Both the position numbers and the translations under genes were made by a program. A model generated the notes under the pieces. It ran no database searches, had not been told where the DNA came from, and saw only the letters and a program-made list of their open reading frames with translations. DNA of 63,566 nt from a virus (taxonomy: Duplodnaviria; Caudoviricetes). Positions 1 through 8,805 of the stretch are shown piece after piece. The DNA is taken from positions 1 through 63,566 of the IMG/VR virus record IMGVR_UViG_3300036803_000058, one strand, 5' to 3'. Every line of letters starts with the position of its first letter. Positions within the stretch are counted from its first letter, which is position 1.

Positions 1-127
1 ATCCCTCGGGCGCCGCGGTGTTCCGTGGCATGTTCATCCCGCGCTTCCATGTGGTCGACGCGATCGAGCCGATCCCCGGCGCGCCGCTGATCGTCGGCAT
101 GGACTTCGGTCGCGACCCGGTGTGCGT
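1..127. repeat. Terminal overlap, identical to 63440-63566 (circular assembly)
   Basis: First 127 nt equal the last 127 nt; the terL frame continues across the junction. Confidence 0.97.
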
Positions 128-677
128 GATCGGCCAGATCGACTGGAAGGGGAGGCTTCTGGTGCTGGGCGAGATCGCCGCCGAGGACATTGGCCTCACC
201 GGCCAGATCCCGATCATCCGCGGTGCGCTCGCGCAGGAGCGCTACAACGGCCGGCGCCTGTGCATCGTCGGCGACCCGTCGGGCCAGTTCAAGGGCAACA
301 TCGACGAGCGCACCTCGTTCGACATCCTGAAGGCGGCCGGCTTCATGGCGATCCCGGCGCCGACCAACCTGATCGACCCCCGGTTACGCGCGGTCGAACG
401 CTTCCTGCTCGAGCAGCGCGAGGGCGGCCCGGCGATCGTATTCGACCGGCGCCACTGCCCGCGCACTATCTGGGCGATGACCGGCGCCTATCGCTTCAAG
501 TTTGATCAGGCGGGCGAGGCGCAGGCCAAGCCCGAAAAGAACGAGGCCAGCCATTACGCCGACGCGCTGCAGTACCTGGCCCTGGGGGTGAGCGGCACGA
601 CGGCCGGCATGATCGCGCGGAAGCTGTCGCGCAAGACCCAGGAGCGCGCTCGGGTGTCGGCCGCCGGCTGGACATAG
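1..677 (+). CDS. terL: Terminase large subunit, C-terminal nuclease part (gene starts at 62680, about 478 aa in total)
   Basis: RNase H-like motifs IVGMDFGRDP, VGDPSG and SHYADALQY; in frame with the ATG at 62680. Confidence 0.92.
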   Translation, partial: PSGAAVFRGMFIPRFHVVDAIEPIPGAPLIVGMDFGRDPVCVIGQIDWKGRLLVLGEIAAEDIGLTGQIPIIRGALAQERYNGRRLCIVGDPSGQFKGNIDERTSFDILKAAGFMAIPAPTNLIDPRLRAVERFLLEQREGGPAIVFDRRHCPRTIWAMTGAYRFKFDQAGEAQAKPEKNEASHYADALQYLALGVSGTTAGMIARKLSRKTQERARVSAAGWT

Positions 678-690
678 CAATTTTGCGATA

Positions 691-1002
691 TTAGCCGGCG
701 AACAAAACAAGAAGCGCGAACTGGGTCGGGGTGAGCTCGGGGAACGTCTCGATGTCGACCGACAGGGCCATGACCTTATCGCCCTTCCTGACGCGCAGCA
801 GGTGCTCGCCGGTGCGAATGTCCTCCTCGAGCTCGACGTTGTCGAAGCGCACGTTCGGGATGTAGGCCTGCAGCGACTGCTTCACGAGTTCCGTCCGTTT
901 GTCTTCGGTGAAAATCGCCAGCGGGAGCTTGTGCTGCGCGCGCATGAGATGCCATCCCGCCGGCGAGAGTTTGGCGATGTCCGGGAGTTTAGACACCAAC
1001 AT
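691..1002 (-). CDS. Hypothetical protein
   Basis: 103-aa ORF, last gene of the leftward operon, converges on terL. Confidence 0.6.
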   Translation of the reverse strand: MLVSKLPDIAKLSPAGWHLMRAQHKLPLAIFTEDKRTELVKQSLQAYIPNVRFDNVELEEDIRTGEHLLRVRKGDKVMALSVDIETFPELTPTQFALLVLFAG

Positions 1003-2122
1003 TGACGGTGGGTCCGCTGATCTGGCAGAGCCGCTGGTCGGTGCCGACGAGGCGCACGCTGCCCTGGCCGGTCAGGTTGGCGATCTGCGGGTTGCCGCCG
1101 CCGTAGCCCGCGACCGAGCAGGTATCGAGGGAGAACTCGCCCACGACGTAGCCACGCAGGAGCCACGGCTGCGTGCCATGGGTGCTCCCGGTGCACTTGC
1201 GCAAGTAGCAGAAATTCTCGGCGTAGATCGCCGCCGGATTGTCGATGTCGGCGCCGTTGTTCTCGAAGCCGCAGCCGTCGACCAGTTCCAGACCACAGAG
1301 CGCATTGATGCCGTTCTTGTGGTTCTCGCAGAAGTAGAGGCCGTAGAGACGCACATCGTGCGGCCCGCCGTAGTCCTCGTAGAGGATGCCGTGGCCCATG
1401 TTCTGGCGGTGGGTGCCGCCGTACCAGCGCATCGCCGAGAGCACGCCCTTGTTGTTGTCCGGGCCCGCCTGCGCCAGCACCGCGCCGTTGCCCTTGCAGT
1501 TCATCGTGCCGACCGAATAGAGGTTACCCTCGAAGATCGAGCCCCGGAGCACGATGCCGTCGCCGCCCGAGCCCTCCAACCAGAGGGACCTAAACTCCGG
1601 ATTGACCAGCCAGCGGTCGTTGAACGGCACGTCCGCTTGGATCAGCGCGCTCTCGTTGCCACTGCCGATCATGCCCAGGTTGCCGCAGAAGAACCCGCGC
1701 GCGCAGGTGCCCTGGGCCACGCTGTCGTCCATGTAGAACCGGATGGCAGGCCCATTGCCGACGTTGGAGCGGATCTTGTGCATGCCGCCGTCGAGGCCGA
1801 ACCAGCCGATCTGGCTCGAGTTGATCTTCACCGCCACCGGCGTGTCGATCCTGATGTCGGCGTTGAGGTGCAGCACGGTGCCGGCGTCGAGCGCAGCCTG
1901 CAGGGCCTTTTGGAAGTCAGAGTCGGGCATGGGGGGATCCGGTGGGTCTGGAGGATCGGGATTGTCATCAGGGCGCTGGACCGCGCCGTCCGAGATGCGG
2001 GTATCGGGGTTGCCGGGGCTTTGTCCGGCGTAGACCTCGATGTACTCGCCGGGCTCGGTGTCCATGTCGGTGAAAATCTCTTCACCAGTGGCCTGGTCGA
2101 CCAGCTTGTAAGGAGGGTTCAT
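989..2122 (-). CDS. Right-handed beta-helix (pectin-lyase-like) protein
   Basis: Repeated beta-helix-type motifs (GDGIVL, GHGILY, FCENHKNGI, GCGFENNG) after FQKALQAALDAG; acidic Pro-rich N-terminal linker. Confidence 0.6.
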   Translation of the reverse strand: MNPPYKLVDQATGEEIFTDMDTEPGEYIEVYAGQSPGNPDTRISDGAVQRPDDNPDPPDPPDPPMPDSDFQKALQAALDAGTVLHLNADIRIDTPVAVKINSSQIGWFGLDGGMHKIRSNVGNGPAIRFYMDDSVAQGTCARGFFCGNLGMIGSGNESALIQADVPFNDRWLVNPEFRSLWLEGSGGDGIVLRGSIFEGNLYSVGTMNCKGNGAVLAQAGPDNNKGVLSAMRWYGGTHRQNMGHGILYEDYGGPHDVRLYGLYFCENHKNGINALCGLELVDGCGFENNGADIDNPAAIYAENFCYLRKCTGSTHGTQPWLLRGYVVGEFSLDTCSVAGYGGGNPQIANLTGQGSVRLVGTDQRLCQISGPTVNVGV

Positions 2123-2134
2123 GGGCGGGTTACC

Positions 2135-2332
2135 CTATGGGTAAACGTGCGCCGGCTCGTCCTTGCCGCGCTCGCGCGGCATGGGCGGCGGGTAGGGCGT
2201 GGTGTGGTGGGTGGCGCGATGCTTCTCGAACGTCTCGGGGGTCGGTCGCGACGGATGGCGCGACGGGGTCTGCTCCTTGCCCCTATCGCTCTTATGCGGG
2301 GCGGTGTTCTGCGACGCCTGACGCTGTTCCAT
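2135..2332 (-). CDS. Hypothetical protein
   Basis: 65 aa; AAAGGAAG RBS before ATG 2332; stop lies within a palindrome. Confidence 0.45.
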   Translation of the reverse strand: MEQRQASQNTAPHKSDRGKEQTPSRHPSRPTPETFEKHRATHHTTPYPPPMPRERGKDEPAHVYP

Positions 2333-2345
2333 GGCTTGCTTCCTT

Positions 2346-2546
2346 TCACTTTTGACGGAGGACCCGACGAAGCTCTTCACGCTCGCCAGGATCTTCGATC
2401 GTTCGGAGGAATTCGCATTCAAGGCACAACTCCTGATCGTTGGCGGCCATCAGCACAAAGCGGGTGACTTCGATCCCGCAATCCTGGCACACGAAGACGT
2501 GGCCGTCCTCGGATGGCGGCGGGCACGGGAGGTCGGGCGGGATCAC
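2346..2546 (-). CDS. Small CxxC...CxxC zinc-finger protein
   Basis: CQDC and CLEC motifs; GTG start overlaps the upstream TAG. Confidence 0.5.
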   Translation of the reverse strand: MIPPDLPCPPPSEDGHVFVCQDCGIEVTRFVLMAANDQELCLECEFLRTIEDPGEREELRRVLRQK

Positions 2547-2929
2547 TACCAGCCCTCGGCCTGGCGGGTCTTGAGCATGAAGCCCATCAGCGGCCACAAC
2601 TGCCGGAAGGCGTTGTCGTAGGCGAGCTTCTTGCCGAGCTCGAAGTCGAAGTTGGCCGGCGAGACCGGCGTCGAGTGGCCGATCACCCGGAAGCCGTTCT
2701 TCATCACGATCATGCAGAGCGTGGTGAACGTCGCGTCGTGGCGCAGATCGTCGTAGTCGCGGCCGGCGGCCATCGAGCCATGGCCCATCAGGGCGTCGCC
2801 CGACTGGTAGAACGTGCCGGCGATCTCCCCTTCGATGTCAGCCACCGAGATGCGCTCGCCGCCACCTGCCTTGGCAGCGTTGGCCGCCGCCATCTCTTCA
2901 ACTTCCTTGGTCGTCAGCGGTCGTTCCAT
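2546..2929 (-). CDS. Phage N4 Gp49/Sf6 gp66 family protein (possible Acb4-type nucleotide sponge)
   Basis: Family signature TLCMIVMKNGFRVIGHSTPVSPANFDFELGKKLAYDNAFRQLWPLMGF. Confidence 0.8.
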   Translation of the reverse strand: MERPLTTKEVEEMAAANAAKAGGGERISVADIEGEIAGTFYQSGDALMGHGSMAAGRDYDDLRHDATFTTLCMIVMKNGFRVIGHSTPVSPANFDFELGKKLAYDNAFRQLWPLMGFMLKTRQAEGW

Positions 2930-2932
2930 GAA

Positions 2933-3112
2933 TTACCTCGTAGTGCTGGGAACATAGGGGGGAGGAGGCCAGTCGGGGTGCATGACGCGCGAATAGGCTG
3001 GGACGGGGCGACTGGAGTGGGAAGAGATCTGGACGTCGCGTGGGAACTGCCAGCGGGTCTCGATCAGCGCGCCGGTGGCGAGCGCGAAGGCGATGGGAAT
3101 GAGGAAGAACAT
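2933..3112 (-). CDS. Small protein with hydrophobic N-terminus
   Basis: MFFLIPIAFALATGALI; TGATG coupling to the DHH gene. Confidence 0.5.
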   Translation of the reverse strand: MFFLIPIAFALATGALIETRWQFPRDVQISSHSSRPVPAYSRVMHPDWPPPPYVPSTTR

Positions 3113-4056
3113 CACTCGTCGCCCTGCCAGTTGGGGAACGGCGCGGTGAAGCCGGCCGCGTTGTGGTGGCCGCCCCCGCCGTAGGTCTTGGCGATTGCGC
3201 TGACGTCGAGCCCGGGATCGTCGGCCTTCTTGTTGGAGCGCAGCGAGAACACCCGCTTGCCGTCGCCCATGTCGTAGTAGACCGCCGCGGCATGGGTGGT
3301 GTTGCCTGGTTCGCTGGCAAGGATATGGCCGATGTCGGAGGCCATGAAGTAGGGCGCGTTGACCGCCGGCATGCGCACCCCGCCAATCTTGATCATGCGA
3401 CGGCCGGAGACGGCCAGCTGCTGGCAGTTCTTCTTGTGGGCGCGGTCGATTGCGTGGCCCTGCGCCTGCATTGAGTTGTAGTTCGCGTCGTCCTCCATCT
3501 CCATCGCCAGACTCTCCCACACCATGAAGTCGAACGGGTGAGAGTAGAGGACAGCGCCGATCTCGCGCGTGCCGAGGATCTGGAACTTCCAGAGGTCGCG
3601 GTCCTCGACGTGGTTGATGATGCGCGGGCGCGGCTTGTGGCCGATCCCGTGAAAGCCGCCGTAGAAATAATCCCACGCCAGGCCGGCGCCCGAGCGCTCC
3701 ATGTCGAAGTGGGCGACGCAGCCCTCGACGGGGAGGGCGGGGGTGAGCTCGGGCCATGGCTGAGTCCACGGGCGGAGCGCGGCCTCGGCGGTCTTGTGGT
3801 GGTCGAGGATCAGCATCGCGTTGGCGTCGTTCTCCATCTGGCCGATCACCTCGGCGGGATAGCTGAAGTCGACCATGATGACGTTGCGGCCCAGCACGTC
3901 GGGCGGCGACTCGTTGTAGACGCCCTCGTGGAAGTCGCACAGCCCGTTGAGGAAGCGCCACACCACCCAGGCGCTGGTGAAACCGTCGACACAGCCCTTG
4001 TGCCAGATGCACAGCGGGACGTTGTGCGGGTTCTTGGTGCCGTTGGTTTCAGCCAT
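3112..4056 (-). CDS. DHH/DHHA1 phosphoesterase
   Basis: Motifs HKGCVDG, VDFS, LDHH, EDRDLW, FSLRS and GGGGHHNAAG; AAGGGG RBS before ATG 4056. Confidence 0.9.
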   Translation of the reverse strand: MAETNGTKNPHNVPLCIWHKGCVDGFTSAWVVWRFLNGLCDFHEGVYNESPPDVLGRNVIMVDFSYPAEVIGQMENDANAMLILDHHKTAEAALRPWTQPWPELTPALPVEGCVAHFDMERSGAGLAWDYFYGGFHGIGHKPRPRIINHVEDRDLWKFQILGTREIGAVLYSHPFDFMVWESLAMEMEDDANYNSMQAQGHAIDRAHKKNCQQLAVSGRRMIKIGGVRMPAVNAPYFMASDIGHILASEPGNTTHAAAVYYDMGDGKRVFSLRSNKKADDPGLDVSAIAKTYGGGGHHNAAGFTAPFPNWQGDE

Positions 4057-4073
4057 TGGACTTTCCCCCTTCG

Positions 4074-4487
4074 TTAGATTGCTTCGCTCAGCTGGCGTTC
4101 GAGCTCGGTTACCCTGAGGGTAAGTCCATCCCGCTCGTCCTTCAACTGGCGGATACGGGTGATTGAGGTTGCCAGGAGATCGTCGGCCTCCTTGAGGCGC
4201 TTCTGAAGGGAGACGAGCTCTTCCTCCTGCCGGGTGATCATGGCCTGCAGGAGCTTGATGTAGCGCGCGGCCCATTCGAGGCGGGTGCCGACGCCGAGGC
4301 GGCGCGGCGTCATCGGCACGCGCGATGGCAGGAGCGTGATCCTGGCGAAGCTCTCGAGCCAGTCGACGTGGTCCATGCGGGCCAGCATCTCGTCGTCGAT
4401 CGCCTTGGCGCGGAGCTCGGGCGAGGGGACGGGGATATGGGGGTCGAGCGGGGAGCGCTTGAAGAGGGAAGGACGTGGCTTCTTCAT
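4074..4487 (-). CDS. Hypothetical coiled-coil protein
   Basis: 137-aa ORF coupled to the upstream gene. Confidence 0.6.
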   Translation of the reverse strand: MKKPRPSLFKRSPLDPHIPVPSPELRAKAIDDEMLARMDHVDWLESFARITLLPSRVPMTPRRLGVGTRLEWAARYIKLLQAMITRQEEELVSLQKRLKEADDLLATSITRIRQLKDERDGLTLRVTELERQLSEAI

Positions 4488-4822
4488 CGGTTGCGTCCCG
4501 TGCTGTCGAGGAGGTCGATGTACTTCTGGCGCCAGTGGTCGGCACGCTGGTTGGCCTCGGCCAGTTTCTTCGCGAGATCGGCGCGCTGGGGGTCGGGCGG
4601 CTGGCGCAGGCGCGGGTCGTCCGGCATGGGGTAGGACTTGATGTTGACGTTGAGCATGTCAGCTGGCCGCGGCGTTGCCCAGCCGTTGTCGCGCAGAACC
4701 TCCATCATGCGATGGAGGTTCTGGTTGGCGTCCTGCAGGCGGCGGGCTTCGCTCTGGGCGATCTGCACGCGGGCGATCAGCTGATCGCGGTTGAGGGTGG
4801 TAAGGTCGACGTCTTGTACCAT
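4484..4822 (-). CDS. Hypothetical protein
   Basis: GAGGAG RBS; 112 aa. Confidence 0.6.
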   Translation of the reverse strand: MVQDVDLTTLNRDQLIARVQIAQSEARRLQDANQNLHRMMEVLRDNGWATPRPADMLNVNIKSYPMPDDPRLRQPPDPQRADLAKKLAEANQRADHWRQKYIDLLDSTGRNR

Positions 4823-4865
4823 TAGCTCCTCGCTTCGCGCACTACGCGCTGCGCTCGTCGCTTGC

Positions 4866-5384
4866 TCACTTCTGCGCCCTCCCCCAGCGCCGGGGTGGCG
4901 CCTCCATGTCGAGGGTCTGCTCGATCGTCCAGCCGCGCTTCAGCCGGCGCCACGCGGTCGTGTACTTGAGCTTCGGCCGGTGGGTGGCGATCGCTTCGGT
5001 GAGGGTCATCGTTTCGCCGTTGAGCTCGACGATCGGGATCGGCGAGCGCGCGCCGCCGACCAGCTTGTAGCGCTTGTCCTCGAACGGCTTGCGCAGGCGC
5101 GCCATCCAGCGGTCGGCATCGTCCTGGCCGACGTTCTCGCGCAGCACGATGAAGGTGTAGTCCGACGGCGGGATGCGCTTGCCTTCGGGGTCGGTGAGCG
5201 GCAGGTCCTTGATCGAGCTCTTGCCAGAGTCGAGCATGTGGGCCAGCGCGTGGCTGCGCTTCTGCAGGTTTTGGGTCCATGCCAAGTAGGCGGTGCGCCG
5301 GCTCTTGATCGACAGCGCGAAGACGCCGGGCACCCCGTCGATATGGATCGGGTCCCGGTTCATGACATTGGCTTCGGTTGACAT
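4866..5384 (-). CDS. Degenerate GIY-YIG-like protein with a C-terminal homing-endonuclease-type DNA-binding motif
   Basis: GVFALSIKSRRTAYLAWTQNLQKR resembles GIY..YIG..N..R; C-terminal LNGETMTLTE...WRRLKRGWTIEQTL; CAGGAG RBS. Confidence 0.5.
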   Translation of the reverse strand: MSTEANVMNRDPIHIDGVPGVFALSIKSRRTAYLAWTQNLQKRSHALAHMLDSGKSSIKDLPLTDPEGKRIPPSDYTFIVLRENVGQDDADRWMARLRKPFEDKRYKLVGGARSPIPIVELNGETMTLTEAIATHRPKLKYTTAWRRLKRGWTIEQTLDMEAPPRRWGRAQK

Positions 5385-5457
5385 CTGATACTCCTGGGGA
5401 GGGTGGGGATACGGGGCCCCGCGAGCGCGCGCCGTGAGGCCGCGCGTTGCGGGGGGA

Positions 5458-6141
5458 CTAATGCCCGATCTCGGCAAGCGCCTGATCGCGCGCGAGGTTG
5501 AGTTCGCGCAGTCGGTTGGTGTCGGTGGCCGCCGCCTTGGCGAGCGAGCGATAGGCCACCTTGACGTCGTCGGGGGTGACGTCGGTGAGTGGCGGGAAGC
5601 GCAGCACGGCGCGCCACACCGCGCGGTTCTCGGCCGAGGGAGCAGGCAGTGCGTCATAGCCGGCAAAGGCCTGCTCGAGCGTTCCCACGCCGTAGCGGTC
5701 GATCCGCCGAATGGCCTCGATGTGACTGGCGACGGCGGCGATGTTCTGGGCCACCGTCAGCCAGCGATCGCACGCCAGCACTCTATCGTGGTCATTGAGG
5801 GTGAAGTAGACCGCGGCGCCGGGATCGGCGGGCTCGGCCCGGCCGCCCCTTGGTTCACCATAAGCGGTGAGCTCGACGTTGGTCGACAGGATCACGTCGT
5901 CGGCACCGAGACGATCGAGCTGATCGGAGAGGCGCTGGCGCGCGGTCGGCATGGTGATCGGCTTGGTGCCCGGCACGATCTGGTCTTCGCGGCGTTGGAG
6001 CGTCGAGTTCCAGGTCGAGCGGGTCGCCATGGTGGCCTCGCGCGCGGTGAAGCGGCTGCGATCTGCAGGGTTGGTGCGCTTCCAGAGCGGTGGCCAGACA
6101 AGGGGAAACTTGGTGACCTTCTTGGGCAGGTGGGAGGGCAT
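5458..6141 (-). CDS. Phage protein with C-terminal J-like domain lacking HPD
   Basis: FPLVWP, DPGAAVYF, ACDRW and AFAGYDALPAP motifs; WRAVL...VKVAYRSLAK...LNLARDQAL. Confidence 0.7.
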   Translation of the reverse strand: MPSHLPKKVTKFPLVWPPLWKRTNPADRSRFTAREATMATRSTWNSTLQRREDQIVPGTKPITMPTARQRLSDQLDRLGADDVILSTNVELTAYGEPRGGRAEPADPGAAVYFTLNDHDRVLACDRWLTVAQNIAAVASHIEAIRRIDRYGVGTLEQAFAGYDALPAPSAENRAVWRAVLRFPPLTDVTPDDVKVAYRSLAKAAATDTNRLRELNLARDQALAEIGH

Positions 6142-6180
6142 GAGGAGACCGCGCGCTGAGGGGGTTTGGGGCTGTGGGGA

Positions 6181-6210
6181 TTTTATGGTGCGGCGGGTAG
6201 GGGTTGTCAA
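6181..6210 (-). promoter_or_regulatory. Putative sigma70 promoter for the leftward operon
   Basis: Minus-strand TTGACA (6205-6210) followed 17-19 nt later by CATAAAAT. Confidence 0.4.
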
Positions 6211-6392
6211 GTAGGAAGTGTGGAAAAACGGTGACCCATATTTTTCAAGGGGCTAAGCACCGAGGGGGTCCCCCCACCCCTGTCCAGTACCGTTACCCGG
6301 TGGGTAACAGCTAGGCCGTTACCTACTGGGTAAAAGCCCAGACACTTAGCTATTAGTATGGGGCAATCCAGTCCCGCGAAAGGTAAAGTAAG

Positions 6393-7088
6393 ATGGCTAA
6401 GGACATTACGAAGATCGACAACCTGACTGACACGCAGGTTGACGCCAGCATCAAAGACTTGTGGAAGGCTGAAGCCGAGGGACAAGTCGCGATGCGGGAT
6501 ATCTGCTTGCGGGCCGCCGCTGCGACGCTGGCCGGCAAGTATCCCATCGGCGATATCACGGCCGTTGGAAAGCGTGTCTACACGCTGAGCGGCCGCGATA
6601 CCAGCGACGCGCGGTCCTTCTCGGCTCAGGCGAGCAAGATCGCAAAGACGATCAAGCTCGCGGCCCGTTGGGACAAGGCGGGGCTGCCGGTTCTGGAAGC
6701 GGCGTTCAGCGTCGCCGGAACCTACAACAACACGCTGGACTTGATCGGCTATATCAATGCCGCAACCAAGGACGCGAAGGCGCCGCCGACCGCCGCGCAA
6801 GTGTCGGATATCTGGATCAAGGGAAAGCCCAAGTCGGTTGCGAAGGAGAAGTCCAACGCGGACATGGGCGCGGAGGTGGTCGCACTCCTCCTGAAGCTCG
6901 TCGAAGCCGATCCTTCGGGCAAGGGCCTAAAGGCTGCGTTGACCGGCATGCAGGAATACACAAAGTTTGCCGGTCTCACGACCGCCGAGCAGAAGGCAGC
7001 GAAGATGCAGGCCAAGCGCGCCAGCGATATCACGGAAGCGCTTGCCATGATCGGCAAGAAGCCGAGCAATGGCGCCCAAGCCAACTAG
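6393..7088 (+). CDS. Hypothetical Ala/Lys-rich early protein (probable paralog of 14399-15148)
   Basis: 231 aa; first rightward gene; followed by a hairpin. Confidence 0.75.
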   Translation: MAKDITKIDNLTDTQVDASIKDLWKAEAEGQVAMRDICLRAAAATLAGKYPIGDITAVGKRVYTLSGRDTSDARSFSAQASKIAKTIKLAARWDKAGLPVLEAAFSVAGTYNNTLDLIGYINAATKDAKAPPTAAQVSDIWIKGKPKSVAKEKSNADMGAEVVALLLKLVEADPSGKGLKAALTGMQEYTKFAGLTTAEQKAAKMQAKRASDITEALAMIGKKPSNGAQAN

Positions 7089-7101
7089 TCACGACGAACA
7101 C

Positions 7102-7134
7102 CCCGCGGCCAGCATATGCTGGCCGCGGGATTTC
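7102..7134 (+). terminator. Hairpin terminator
   Basis: CCCGCGGCCAGC-ATAT-GCTGGCCGCGGG then ATTTC. Confidence 0.6.
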
Positions 7135-7223
7135 GTGCGTCTGGGCTCTGGCCGTTACCCACTAGGTAACGCCCATCGCCCCCGCATTTGAGACAGTGAA
7201 CACAACGGACGCAGGTGAGGACG

Positions 7224-7610
7224 ATGGCAACGTGGAATGAAATCATCGCGGGCGCTGACGGCACCACATACATAGGGCGCAATACGGACGGACGTAAGGT
7301 AAAGGTATTCGTTCCGGTTGACGGTCGGGCCAAGACACGGCAGTGGCTATGGGATCGCTTTCGCAAAGTGTGGATTGAGAAGATCATGGCAACGGGCGGT
7401 CATGTCACTTTGCCAAAGCCGGCCAAGGTTGCCAAGGATCAAGAGCTCTTGCCTGCACCGGATCGCTACGTTGTGGACTGGCAGTCCATTAGGAAGACAA
7501 AGGATGGGTACGTGCCGAACACACCTGAGCATACGAAGCGCGGAAAGCGCCTGCAGATGGGTGAAGTGCGGGGGCAGCGGGGTAATCGGGGGACTGCAGG
7601 CAACGTTTAA
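7224..7610 (+). CDS. Hypothetical protein
   Basis: GAGG RBS; 128 aa. Confidence 0.6.
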   Translation: MATWNEIIAGADGTTYIGRNTDGRKVKVFVPVDGRAKTRQWLWDRFRKVWIEKIMATGGHVTLPKPAKVAKDQELLPAPDRYVVDWQSIRKTKDGYVPNTPEHTKRGKRLQMGEVRGQRGNRGTAGNV

Positions 7611-7830
7611 TGATGTGTCAACGTAGTTTCATCATAGTATTCACAATGATTTATAACGCTGATCTATATAGCTTATCCTCACATATAAAGTTATTACTTC
7701 TCTGTGTTATAGAGAGAGTTATATTATGGGAGCAAGTTTGAGCAACATGATTGGCGCGCGTGCACACCCCTACACTACCACCCCCGACCTAGAGTACGTG
7801 TATAACCGCCCTTTCTGGCATAGTTTCTAC

Positions 7831-7860
7831 TTGACAATAGGGTTAAGTCATTGATATCAT
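7831..7860 (+). promoter_or_regulatory. Sigma70 promoter with extended -10
   Basis: TTGACA-N18-TATCAT preceded by TGn, in an AT-rich intergenic region. Confidence 0.6.
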
Positions 7861-7946
7861 TGGGCGATTAAATTAAAGTTCGTACTTCACTAGCACTTTC
7901 GGCGCCATAGTTATTACCCACTGGGTAAAATAAGGAGACAATGTAA

Positions 7947-8111
7947 ATGGACGAACTAGCCTTACTCATCCTACTTGAAGTGACATGGATGCTCAATCCC
8001 TATCGCTCACGCACCAACATCGCGACCGACGCGATCCTCACCATCAACCGCCGGCATATGATCGAGCAAGCCGGTTACAAGCTGCGCGGCGATGTTGCCG
8101 CGTTCAGATAA
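7947..8111 (+). CDS. Small hypothetical protein
   Basis: TAAGGAG RBS; 54 aa starting MDELALLILLE. Confidence 0.5.
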   Translation: MDELALLILLEVTWMLNPYRSRTNIATDAILTINRRHMIEQAGYKLRGDVAAFR

Positions 8112-8124
8112 GGAGACAAACGTC

Positions 8125-8424
8125 ATGATCTACATGTCATCAGGCATCAACTGGAACTGGTACTTGCGCCTTGCCTCGATTGCAGGCGACACCTGCGTGA
8201 TCGACTACGAGTGGCGCGTTCATCGCTCGCAGGACCAGCCTGCAGGCATCCTCGGCAACTACCATATCGTCGAGCAGCCCGGCACTGGCCCTGACAATCG
8301 CATGGCGATTGCCGTCGATATCACCGTCGGCCAGGATCGCAAGCGCTACAAGCTGCAGGATCCGATCCCGCGTTGGAGCATACCGACCCCTGACAACCGC
8401 GCCCCTCTCGCTGTGAGACAGTGA
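8125..8424 (+). CDS. Hypothetical protein
   Basis: TAAGGAG RBS. Confidence 0.55.
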   Translation: MIYMSSGINWNWYLRLASIAGDTCVIDYEWRVHRSQDQPAGILGNYHIVEQPGTGPDNRMAIAVDITVGQDRKRYKLQDPIPRWSIPTPDNRAPLAVRQ

Positions 8425-8475
8425 TTGCAACGGACGTTACCTAGTGGGTAACATATCAAATAGGAGCAGAATATC

Positions 8476-8751
8476 ATGTTAATCAGACGCCGCGACCCGA
8501 TCCTCAACGGTCGGCCAAACCTCTTCCTCATGATCCTGGGCGCGCTGTTCGCGCCCAGTCCAGCCACTGCAGCCCAGCGAGCGCGGCGCCATGCGCGCAG
8601 CATGGCCGCTCGACGCCGCATCTATCCGTCATCGGTTATAGGAACCGTCCTGCCAGCACCGGGATCGCTCCTGAGCCGCACCGCACGCGACCTGATCAGC
8701 CCTGTGCCCAACGTCATTCGTAGCCTACGCTACCCGCACTTGAACGACTGA
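8476..8751 (+). CDS. Hypothetical protein
   Basis: TAGGAG RBS; flanked by palindromes. Confidence 0.5.
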   Translation: MLIRRRDPILNGRPNLFLMILGALFAPSPATAAQRARRHARSMAARRRIYPSSVIGTVLPAPGSLLSRTARDLISPVPNVIRSLRYPHLND

Positions 8752-8805
8752 TCCGACCCGTTACCCACCGGGTAACGACCACGCTTCTTGGGGACCATCA
8801 CCACT

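Noticed and set aside
5417-5454. GC hairpin as an ncRNA (likewise 23937-23959)
   Set aside because: Single stem-loops with no further support; probably terminators or stabilisers.
7844-7863. TAAGTCATTGATATCATTGG as an att or dif-like site
   Set aside because: Single copy, no integrase, and it overlaps a promoter.
7941-7946. ATG-TAA minigene after TAAGGAG
   Set aside because: SD spacing is too short; the next ATG (7947) fits the RBS.
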